Shown here piece by piece: positions 21,901 through 31,458 of a stretch of DNA of 64,000 nt; position 1 is the stretch's first letter; each line of letters begins with the position of its first letter. This DNA is from Andalucia godoyi And28 (Eukaryota > Protista > Jakobida), in contig VRVR01000048.1 in NCBI GenBank assembly GCA_009859145.1, positions 39,328-103,327 on the forward strand. Reading direction: 5' to 3'. A model generated the notes under the pieces. The model did no database searches. It saw only the letters and a program-made list of their open reading frames with translations, and was not told the origin of the DNA. Position numbers and translations under genes: made by a program.

Positions 21901-24662
21901 TCGCTGCGAACGGAACTCTTTGGTACTCGCCGGCGAGCTTCTCCTTCCTCTCCATGACTGCGACGTACTCCAGCAATCTCAATTCTTTGGGAAGCATGAG
22001 CGCCTCCAGTATCGCCAGCCAGATGCAAGCGTGGTCCACGCGATCTACAAACTATGACTTCCTTGCTGTAATCAAGAACGGTGTGACATCTGTTTCCAGT
22101 GTGTTCAATGAGATGACCGCAAAATACGGTGTCCAAGCGCTTCGAGAGTATCTCTCGTCCAGCTTGCTCTTTCTGGGTGTGTTCTTTGCATGCGTGGTAG
22201 TAGCAATTGTGGCCCTTGGTCTCGCAGTATTCTTGCCGCTGTACCGAAGAGAAGTGAAGAACCACCACGCGGCGCTGCGGCTGTTTGGAATTGTTCCGAA
22301 GCCAGTCTTGAAAAGGATTGCAAAATCATTTAAAAAGGCAAAAACTGACGATGTCGAAAGCGCAGAGAAGGAAATCCAGATGGACATGGTGGACTTTTCC
22401 GAGCAGTCTTCCTCGTCCGTGCTGGACTCTCAAAGCGACGCATCCGTGGTGTCTGCTCTGTGGTTCCGATTTGGAGTGGTTGTGCTGTGGTTCATTTGCG
22501 CAGCGTCGAGTTTTATCGTAATTGCAGCAGTATCAGAAGGTACCCTGTCCTCTGCGGGTGCCGTCGCAAACCTGGCGGCGGAAAGAACATCGCTAGTTCG
22601 GCAGCTGCACTATCTCTCCGCAGAATGGTTCTCCCCTTCCGTTCCCATGGAGAACTCGACAACGTTCGATCTCAGTGGAGCATTTCCTTTTGCCAGTGTC
22701 GAAGGTCTGCAGAACACCATTGTTGAAAAGCTGCAGAGATTGCGGGCCGTGTACAATGCACTGAGTTATGGAGATGCCGCGCTTGACATCCCGTCGTCCG
22801 CGTCGTTGAGTAACTATGCAGAGCAGAAGTCCCTTATGAATGATCGTCGATGCTCGGTCGCTTCTGCCACGTTCACCGATGGCTCTGTTCCCATTGCAGC
22901 AATCCAGTGCATGTCGATGGACCAGTTGGTTTTTTCGTTTGCAGATCAGATTCAGCGCTTGATCTCGGCGACGTCGCCCTCGAGTATCATGCCATCGTCC
23001 TCTTCTTCTTCCTCGGCTGCATCGCAGGCGTACATGACGGCAATTGAATACATGAGCTTGAATGATTTGGCCACTCTTCTGCGCATCTCGACGGACAGGG
23101 TGGCCAAAGAGCGAAACAGTGCCCTGAAGACTTATTCGCTTATTGCAACCGCTTGCTTTGGTGTGATGCTGCCAGTTGGGATTGTCATTGCAGTCTTGTT
23201 GATCGGTCAAGGACTCTCGCGGCTCCAGGAGGACCACATTCACACAAAGAAGCTGCTGCTGCTGCTGCCTTCGGAGACTATCAACGGAACTCCCGTCATT
23301 CTGAACTTCCTGCTGTCAGGAAAGCGCGTCGATGAACTGAAACTGCAAGAGTCCTTGAAAGAGGAACAGGAGAAGACTAGAGCCATTCTACAAAACACTT
23401 CGGATGGTGTGGTGGTTGCAGATGATTCCGGAATGATTGAGATGGTGAACAATGCAATGTCCAAGATCTTCCAGTACAAACATGAGGATCTGATTGGTGC
23501 AAACATCAAAATCATTCTTCCCCAAGACCTGGCAGAGCGCCATGATCAGCTAATCAAGAACTACGTTGAAAATCCCAATCGCACGTCGAAGCTCGTTGGC
23601 CGGTCCCTCGAGCATCCTGCCGTTCGAATGGACGGTAGTGTTGTGCCGGTGCGAGTTACTCTAACGGAGGCGAACATCAACAAGAAGCGTTTGTTTTGTG
23701 CTTTCATCCAGGACTTGACAAACATTCAGAAAGAAAAACTTGAAATGCAGTCACAGCTTCTCCGCATCGAGACTGTGATGAAAGCGACCACGGAAGGAAT
23801 CTTCATCACGGACGAAGCAGGGAACATTCAGTCCATCAACGACGCAGCTTCCAGAATGTTTGGTTACTCGAAAGAAGAAATGTGCGGCCAGAACGTGAAG
23901 ACGCTGATGCCCGAGCCGCATCGCTCCCAACATGACAGCTATCTCGAAAACTACTTGGCGACCGGAAAATCAAAGATTATTGCAAATGGGCGAGAAGTGG
24001 TAGCAGTCAAAAAGAACGGAGAGCCGATCTCAGTTTTTGTGAACGTGCTGCACGGTAAGTTGGAGCAATCCAGGTATCTGGCAGACGGTTCATCCGACAC
24101 GACTTGCGCTGCCGCTGCCGCTGCCTTTTTTGCGGCGTTTGTTCGTGACCTCACCGAGACAAAACGAAAGGAGGACGATCTCATCCTGAACAATGAGAAG
24201 ATCCAGGCAGTTATCAAAGCGTCCAGAGACGGGGTCGTTGTCTGCGACGATCGCGGAATCATCGAATCCGTCAATCCGTCCTTCTCCGACCTTCTTGGCT
24301 ATTCTCGTGACGAAGTGCTGGGACAAAACATTCGCATGCTCGTTCCACTTGCGCATCGGATGGCACACGACGACTACATCAAGACATACCTCAAGACCGG
24401 CCAGTCGAATGTCGTCGGTTCCGGAAAGGACATTGAGGCGGTCACAAAGTCTGGTAAATCCATTCCCGTTTACCTCACAGTTCGCGAAGGTCGTGTTCGT
24501 GATCGTCGCTTCTTTGCAGCATTTCTGAGGGACACTCAGGAACAAGTGCGAGTGCTTCGAGAAAAAGAAGACAAACTGGACGTTTTCAAGAGCGTTCTCA
24601 CCAGTGTCGTCCCTCCCACTGTTGCAGAAAAGCTCATTCAGGATCTGGAATCGTCAGCGTCA

Positions 24663-24694
<32 letters not shown>

Positions 24695-25283
24695 CAGTGA
24701 ATCACTGGACAGGAGTGTGTCTTCGACAAATTCTTCAGTGGAAATCATTCCCTCTTGTACTGTTTGCTTTGCGGACCTGGTGAACTTCACTCGTATATCT
24801 TCTCAAAAGTCGCCGACGGAAATGATCGATCTGATCAGTCGCATTTTCAGCATCTTTGACGACCTTGTCGTGAAGCATAACATAGAAAAGATCAAGATTA
24901 TCGGTGATGCGTACATGGCAGTTTGCAACATGTTCAAAAGGCGAGTGGATCACGCGTACGTGATGTGCGAATTTTCCCTCGATCTTGTTTCAGAGATTCA
25001 GAAATTCAATCTCGAAACTGGACTGGACATTGGTGTCCGGATTGGTCTTAATTCTGGATCGGCAGTTGCTGGCATCCTCAAGACACGGTTCCGAACGTTT
25101 GACATTTACGGCGACTCGGTCAACATCAGTTCGCGGATGGAACACACGGGCAAGAGCATGCGCGTCCACATCTCCCAGAGCACGTATAATTTTGTGCGCG
25201 ACAAGTACCAGTTCGAAGAAGACACGCAGGACATCAAGGGCGTCGGTCGTGCAACTTGCTACTTTATCACCAACCGCATTTGA
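18957..25283 (+). CDS. Multi-pass membrane adenylate cyclase with TmcB/TmcC-like N-terminus and three FixL-type PAS domains
   Basis: About 8 N-terminal TMs; TmcB-like helical region (LRKFWSMIL...AERLFRRILAEYGNSPRVLRAYGEFL); further TMs; three PAS domains (about 23380-24540); class III cyclase (FADLVNFT, KIKIIGDAYM, FDIYGDSVNISSRME) with ATP-type K and D determinants. Confidence 0.92.
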
Positions 25284-25411
25284 CAACTTTCTCTCCGTCA
25301 CAAACGACTGACCTCGGGACGAGTGTGCGTGCGTGCTTCGATGTCATTAAACAAGAAAAGAAAAGGAGAGATAATAAAAATGATGTACATTCAATGCCAT
25401 TGTTGCAGTCG

Positions 25412-26356
25412 TCAAAACGACGTTCCGAAGAGCGGCATGATGTTTGCCATGAACCAATCCTTGTCGGGGGTGTGCGGATAGTCCGGATGCGTGCACGACG
25501 CCGTCAGGAACTTGAGTTTTCCTGCTTCGTCCAAAGTCTTGAGCCCAATCCAGTCTCCCTTGTACGTTTCCGATTCCTGCAGCGGAACGACCTGTCGATC
25601 CGCGACTCCAAACTGCAGATCTTGGACTTTCGCCGCAGACTGCGCGGCTTGCCAGAATTCAAACCAGCCTGACTCTACAGGAAACACGACCTTGTCTCCC
25701 GTCGACTTCACCATGACAAACATTTCGAGGGCGATCATGTTCTCTCTGTACTGCGGGTTCTTGGTCGGTCCTTCATTGTTGATATCCGGCAAGTACGACG
25801 CCTTTGCCAGGTACTTGTCATACTGCGCAGGGTCTTTCCAGTACCCCGCAAACGAATACGACTGCTGCATCCAGTCCTCATACACCACTGTCGACAGCAC
25901 ATTCCAGATCTCTGACGGCAAGAACGACACATACGGAGCCGAAAACACACCTTCGTGCACTCCCCCGAGCGTGACGTACCGCTTTACGCGGTGTTCGTTA
26001 TCGCACTTTTCAATGAATCCGCGCGTAACAAGCGAGCCCTGTGAGTATCCCAAAAGATGGAACCCACGCGCAAGTCTCGGGTCCTTTGCAGGCGACACCG
26101 CATCGCAAAACGCCTGGACTTGCTCCTGCATCGGCATATGCATTGAGTCATGGCTGCCGTCCCCGACTTCAACCGACCGCGTGTAAATCCCGGGATACGT
26201 CGAGTTGATCCATCCGAGCAGCTCGTCCATGTCACTCGCCTGCGCAGATATACCATGCATCACAACTACCGGAACATAGTCGGGCGCGCTTTGCACCCTT
26301 GAAATCCCTAAAATCACACACACCAGCAATACCACACTCCACCGAACCACACTCAT
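25412..26356 (-). CDS. Palmitoyl-protein thioesterase (PPT1/PPT2 family), secreted or lysosomal
   Basis: Signal peptide from ATG 26356; PVVVMHG, GYSQG nucleophile motif, GYWKDP, GDKVVFP, LKTLDEAGKL, CTH. Confidence 0.9.
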   Translation of the reverse strand: MSVVRWSVVLLVCVILGISRVQSAPDYVPVVVMHGISAQASDMDELLGWINSTYPGIYTRSVEVGDGSHDSMHMPMQEQVQAFCDAVSPAKDPRLARGFHLLGYSQGSLVTRGFIEKCDNEHRVKRYVTLGGVHEGVFSAPYVSFLPSEIWNVLSTVVYEDWMQQSYSFAGYWKDPAQYDKYLAKASYLPDINNEGPTKNPQYRENMIALEMFVMVKSTGDKVVFPVESGWFEFWQAAQSAAKVQDLQFGVADRQVVPLQESETYKGDWIGLKTLDEAGKLKFLTASCTHPDYPHTPDKDWFMANIMPLFGTSF

Positions 26357-26680
26357 CGTTTCCCCCTTCACACGCACTAAAACTGCACTCACTCAGACAC
26401 TCCAATTGTAATCTTTTAAATTTCAAACAAGTAAATTAAACCTTCTTTTTTTTTGAGTAATGAATTAATTAATTAAACAAACTCAATATAAAAACCAAAA
26501 CACCTTTTGATAGGAGTGCTTATATACCAAACCCAAAATGCCCAATGCGGGGGAGAGCTTTTGCAGAAACACAGACGTTGCTCCGCTACTAAAGTGAGTG
26601 CGTCTGCGGGATCATGAAATCCACCGTAAATTCTGCGGAGACTGCCCCCATGCTACAGTGGATTCTGTTGCTCTAACTTG

Positions 26681-27102
26681 TCTCTGTGCCGCTCGCCGAA
26701 GTATGAATCATGATTGATCACCATCGGCTAAGCTCCCACCGAAGACACATCCAATTTGGGGCGAGCACCGCCTCTTCAATGCAGATTGCTTAATTTCAAA
26801 GGGCCATCGCTTCTTCTTCTTGCTCTTTGCCTTCGACGAGAGGGGATCAGCAGGTTTCTTGGTTCTCGGCATCTCCGGGCATGGCCGGTTTGAGTTTGTC
26901 GGGAAGATCCCTCTCTTTGGAGCCATGGGATGTTTTGTCGATGTCTTTGACGAAAGGTGCTGCTTGAGGGTTCGATTATAATAAACACAAATAAACAGAA
27001 CAGAAGAAAAAGTGAGGAATGAAGAAATGCTGGACTTGACTACGGTAAGACAATCGTATTGCTTTCATGTTCAACATTGATACACAAAGCTGGGCGACCG
27101 TG
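26681..27102 (+). repeat. Central duplicated region: 26681-26726 is copied inverted at 1-46 and 26881-27102 is copied inverted at 39233-39454
   Basis: Direct sequence comparison: 46/46 and 221/222 identity. Confidence 0.95.
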
Positions 27103-27230
27103 CTGATAGGGTTTGCGTCCAGCGTGAAGTGGAGAGATCCTTCTTCTGTGGATTCTGAAAGTAGGGTTTTGTTGTTGTTTTCGTTTTTGGGAGAGGAGAG
27201 AGTGGGCTTGCAGAGGCTGGGAAGGCATTG

Positions 27231-30200
27231 ATGGAATCTCCAGAGGCCAAGTCTCGGCAAGCGACTCTTCGAAATGCCACGTTGAGGACGTTTCGCGATG
27301 TGTCACGCACATTGTTTACTGTGCGAACAGACGACGACGACGACGCTGGAAGTCAGCCAGTACCAAGACGTGGGTCGACGGCAATTCACAAACTGCTTTT
27401 TGAAGCATGCTCGGTTCTGCTGGCCGAGTCGTGTGTGACTGCAATTCGAACTCCTGTGGACGTCGCCCGGTTCATCAGCCGTGACATTCCATGTGAGCTC
27501 AATGCTCCGTTCCATTCTCATCCGGATTCTCCACGGACGGGATTGCAAGCTCGTCCGATCGTGCATACGGTTGTGCATACGGCTATCCATGGCGAACAAC
27601 CACGAGCGTCGACTGACCGAGAAAACGTGCGCTTCGGACTGCAGTTGATCGACACTGCGTTGCTCTTGTATCAGAAATACAAGGTTTCGGCTGCGCAATT
27701 GGCATCGTTTTGGAGGGATGATTGTCTGATGCGGGCTGTTCGGTATGGCCGGTGTGTGGTGATGGCTCTCAATTACATGTTTGTGTGGAGATGGATGAAA
27801 CTGTTTCCTTTGGACTTTGAAACGCACCAGAAGGCTCCCAACGGGAAAGAGAAGGAGCCTTTGCGGGACCTCATTGCGATGCTTGGGTTCTCATTCTCAG
27901 GAGTGGTTGCAACAACCGCAGCAGACGATGTCGATGTTGATGCAAAGTCCAAGTCTGCCGCATCAACGTCGACATCAAAGAGCAGAGTCGAAAAGATGGA
28001 TTTTGAATCGTTGTTTGCCGATTCGCTCGTCTCTGTTCTGCTCTCCACGAGCGACTACAGAGATGGTCATACCCTGTGCAGATCCGTGCTGGAGGTGCTG
28101 CGTGAGAGCTGGGTGTTCCGGACATCCAGCGTCAATCTGTCATTTCGCTTTTCGAACAACACTGACTCCAGCTTTATTCCCACGTCGTTTTCAAAACTGC
28201 TCGGACAATCGAACAGCGAGCCTTTGATCTCGACTGCCCTCACGTCTCTCACGTTCCTTCTCCACCGATCCATTCCACCCCGGGAAGCACTGTACTGGGG
28301 CTCTTCGCACCAGGCTGGAAACTGCCCAACACTTTCCGAGGCAGTAGAATACATCAACCGTCTGGGCACGTTTGTGAAGCACTCCATCTTGGCCGCAATC
28401 GACTTGCTTGCTGCGCAGACAATGTTCAGAAAATGGATGAATATTGCATTTTCGTTTTTGGAAGAGCTGCCCGTCGTCAATGAATGTGGCTTTGTGTGCC
28501 TTGCGATGGTGCTCTCCTGCCTCAAACTCGATTATGAAACCTTGCAACTCGACGCCTCCGTGATTGCCGGTCCCAGTGCCGCAAAGTGGCACTTTTGGTA
28601 TCAGCTTGCAATTAATTGCGTCCCGTTGGAGCCGTTTCTCGATTCGCACTATGCTGCACGTTGCGCTGGATGCATTCCGGAGTTCTACTCTCAGACCGCG
28701 GCGATCACGTCCAACATGAACTTGCTTGATATTGATGGGCTTGATCTCAACGATGCACTGCACTTCGCACGTGCACGAACAGAGGATGGTGCTGCGCCGG
28801 AAGCATTGCGCATTCGACCCATCTGGATCGCATGTTCGCAGTTTGCAAAGTACATTTCCTATGCAGAGGCGCATTGTGCTGACGATTTTTCGAAGTTCCA
28901 GTCGCATCTTCTCAAATTCAGCCAGTATGTTCGGGACTGTTTTCTGTGTGATACAGATCCTGTAACAGTACTCGGGAGGCTCTACTGCCATGTTGCGCCT
29001 GCAAATTCAGCGAACAACTGCGCTGCCGACAGCCCCGGTGATACCAGTGATGGTGTTGCAGCGCTCACGCCTTTGTTGTTTGTGACCGCATCTGCGCTCA
29101 TGATCCATCCGCTCTCTGAAAAGGAAGATCGTGCAATGACCGCCGATCTCGCTCTTTGCCCGCTGCTTCGACAGAGGCCTACCTCGCCGCACTTGTCCTT
29201 AAGCACCAAGGATCCGTCGCTCAAAACGTCCGCTTCTGCAAAACAGCACAAGCTCTCGTCTTCATTTACAGATGCGCAGTTTCACGAACAAGAACTCCGA
29301 CACGACCATCTCAAGACGTTCTGCGCTCTGCTGCAAACAGAAAATGCAAAGCTGCGAATTGAATGTGATTTCATTGAGCGGTCTCGCAAGGGCGTCAGTG
29401 AATTGCCTCATTTTACGCGGTACTTGCTGCACAAGCATACTGCAGGGCTGGACATGCTGCCGTGCCGAGGATCCCACAGACTTTGTGCCTATCAGCTGTT
29501 CTGCAACACGCTGGACGATGTGTCGATGCACGTGAATGCATCGCCGTTTCCCGACGAGTGCTCCTCGCTGCTTCTTGTCGGTTCGCTGCTGGCTCCATCT
29601 TGCATTGCTGATCTTGCACCATTGCTCGGCGAACCGGTCCAGCTCATTCCGTGCGCGAATCTGCTGACGCTTTCGACGACTGCTTCCGATGGTTCGTTCT
29701 CAGCACCAGGACAAGGAATCGTGCAGTGTCATTTTGATTCGATGATGTCTCCGCCGTGGTTCGAAGGGCGTCTCCGAATTTTGATTGAACGTCTTACGCA
29801 GTCTCGAATGACCATTCCAGTGCGCGTTGTCCTCGCCGTCGACTCGCTGTCCGTGCCACGGGACGCGTGGAAGGTCCTTGTCAATGCTGTTGAATCTGGA
29901 ATTTCCGTCTCGGTGGTCCTTTCCGCTTGCAACGCAGTACCAGCCGCAACGATGGCCTCTTCGATGTCGCTTCCACACACTCTTCACTCCATGCTGCAAT
30001 CGCGAAAGTGGCATCCAAGCTCCAAAATCTCGGTGCATCACCAATTCCATATCACGAGTCGTCCTCCCACCCGTCCCATCCCAGGCACAGGCACAGACGC
30101 AGGCACAGGCACAAGCACCCACGCAAGCGGCATCCAGTTCGCCTCCCTTTCTCTCATTTTTCCTACTTGCCATTCTTCAGCCGTTCCCGCACCAGCGCTG

Positions 30201-30323
30201 CCGTCGCCTGCACAATCGGCCACCTTGTCTACAGCCACCACAGTTCCCAAAAGCCGCATATTCTCTGCCATTTTCCCGTCGCGTGATGCCAGCTATGACC
30301 ACTGTCCATTGCCGTTGCCCTAA
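27231..30323 (+). CDS. Divergent RasGEF-like (REM + CDC25-like) protein
   Basis: YMFVWRWMKLFPLDF (REM-like); ALTSLTFLLHRSIPPREAL and INRLGTFVKHSIL...FRKWMNIAFSF, CIPEF resemble CDC25 helices; the C-terminal half is unassigned. Confidence 0.6.
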   Translation: MESPEAKSRQATLRNATLRTFRDVSRTLFTVRTDDDDDAGSQPVPRRGSTAIHKLLFEACSVLLAESCVTAIRTPVDVARFISRDIPCELNAPFHSHPDSPRTGLQARPIVHTVVHTAIHGEQPRASTDRENVRFGLQLIDTALLLYQKYKVSAAQLASFWRDDCLMRAVRYGRCVVMALNYMFVWRWMKLFPLDFETHQKAPNGKEKEPLRDLIAMLGFSFSGVVATTAADDVDVDAKSKSAASTSTSKSRVEKMDFESLFADSLVSVLLSTSDYRDGHTLCRSVLEVLRESWVFRTSSVNLSFRFSNNTDSSFIPTSFSKLLGQSNSEPLISTALTSLTFLLHRSIPPREALYWGSSHQAGNCPTLSEAVEYINRLGTFVKHSILAAIDLLAAQTMFRKWMNIAFSFLEELPVVNECGFVCLAMVLSCLKLDYETLQLDASVIAGPSAAKWHFWYQLAINCVPLEPFLDSHYAARCAGCIPEFYSQTAAITSNMNLLDIDGLDLNDALHFARARTEDGAAPEALRIRPIWIACSQFAKYISYAEAHCADDFSKFQSHLLKFSQYVRDCFLCDTDPVTVLGRLYCHVAPANSANNCAADSPGDTSDGVAALTPLLFVTASALMIHPLSEKEDRAMTADLALCPLLRQRPTSPHLSLSTKDPSLKTSASAKQHKLSSSFTDAQFHEQELRHDHLKTFCALLQTENAKLRIECDFIERSRKGVSELPHFTRYLLHKHTAGLDMLPCRGSHRLCAYQLFCNTLDDVSMHVNASPFPDECSSLLLVGSLLAPSCIADLAPLLGEPVQLIPCANLLTLSTTASDGSFSAPGQGIVQCHFDSMMSPPWFEGRLRILIERLTQSRMTIPVRVVLAVDSLSVPRDAWKVLVNAVESGISVSVVLSACNAVPAATMASSMSLPHTLHSMLQSRKWHPSSKISVHHQFHITSRPPTRPIPGTGTDAGTGTSTHASGIQFASLSLIFPTCHSSAVPAPALPSPAQSATLSTATTVPKSRIFSAIFPSRDASYDHCPLPLP

Positions 30324-30485
30324 TCCCTACTGGCTCCATAATCTTAATCATAAATTATCACATTTTTCATCATCGTCTGTTTTTCTTTCTTTCTTCTTTT
30401 TTTGATTCCTTCCAAACAACGTTTTATTTCCAATTTTCTTTCCTCACTCACGTCACTCGCCTCTCTCTGGGCTGTCTGAGGCGTG

Positions 30486-30851
30486 TTACATTGTCACGAA
30501 TCGGAACATGTTGTTCGAGACGCAGACGCTGTTTCCGGCCGGAACGAGATGGAAAATCTCTGAAAAAGGCAGTGGGTTCGCGCCATCGAGCGAGATGTGT
30601 CCCGAGACGAAGACGATGAGTCCGCCCGCAGGTGACGCCTGCGTGTCGATCGTCGAGATTGTGTGGACACACGAAGCAAAAGGCAGCGACGTAAGCTTCT
30701 TTGCAATGTCCTCGGGCCCCATGAACATCCGTCCTTCAAACGTCATCACAGACTGCGGTCCAAAAAGCGCACCAAGCTGGCCACGCGCATTCTCAAAGGT
30801 CTGGTAGTAATACTTCACAAACTCGTGTGCAATCTGGTCATTCGACGCCAT
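30486..30851 (-). CDS. NTF2: Nuclear transport factor 2
   Basis: FVKYYYQTF, SVMTFEG, KKLTSLPF, IVFVSGHI, PFSEIFHL; 121 aa. Confidence 0.92.
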   Translation of the reverse strand: MASNDQIAHEFVKYYYQTFENARGQLGALFGPQSVMTFEGRMFMGPEDIAKKLTSLPFASCVHTISTIDTQASPAGGLIVFVSGHISLDGANPLPFSEIFHLVPAGNSVCVSNNMFRFVTM

Positions 30852-31140
30852 TCTTTTTCTCTCGTTCGCGGACCGCGCTTTCTTTTGAAAATGGCCTTAT
30901 GCGTGTGTGCGTATATTATCTGCGGACACACAAAACTGCAGACAGACGATCCAAAGGAAAAACCGATGCAGCGTAGGTATCGGTGTCGGAAAATGTCGGG
31001 ATTTTCATTGACGCTTGACAGGCAAGGAAGCATCAAGGGGAGGATGCCAGAAAAGCCGCGATGGGGGGCATACGCGAATCGTAGATCGTCCTTTCTTGCA
31101 GTTTTTGCAGAAAAGGCCGTGTCTCCGGCGTGTGCTCGAG

Positions 31141-31154
31141 GCATCACGTGATGC
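31141..31154. promoter_or_regulatory. Perfect 14-bp palindrome GCATCACGTGATGC (E-box core) in the NTF2/dynamin divergent intergenic region
   Basis: The palindrome is seen directly; its regulatory role is inferred from position only. Confidence 0.4.
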
Positions 31155-31458
31155 TTGTTTTTATTAAAGTAAGAGAGAAACTTGAAATCCTTGTTCGAAC
31201 CAGTCGAACAGTCGATTAAGCAACAGCAAGCAGCATTTTTTTTGTGCGTCATTTTCCTTTCCTTTTCCCTTTTCCATTTCCTTTTCCCCCTTCATACTTC
31301 GTATTTCATATTTCATTTTTCACCGTTTTATTATCATATTGTCAAGTCTTTTTTCAAATTATTTTTGCAAGCTGCGATTCGCCGAGATAAGGGAGGCAGA
31401 GACTTGGGAAGGGAAAAAGAAGAAGCGAAATAACAGAGAGATACCAAAGAAACCCGAA

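Noticed and set aside
6490-31161. 18-bp direct match TCACGTGATGCTTGTTTT at 6490 and 31144
   Set aside because: One copy is inside coding sequence, and a single 18-bp match is not clearly beyond chance in 64 kb.
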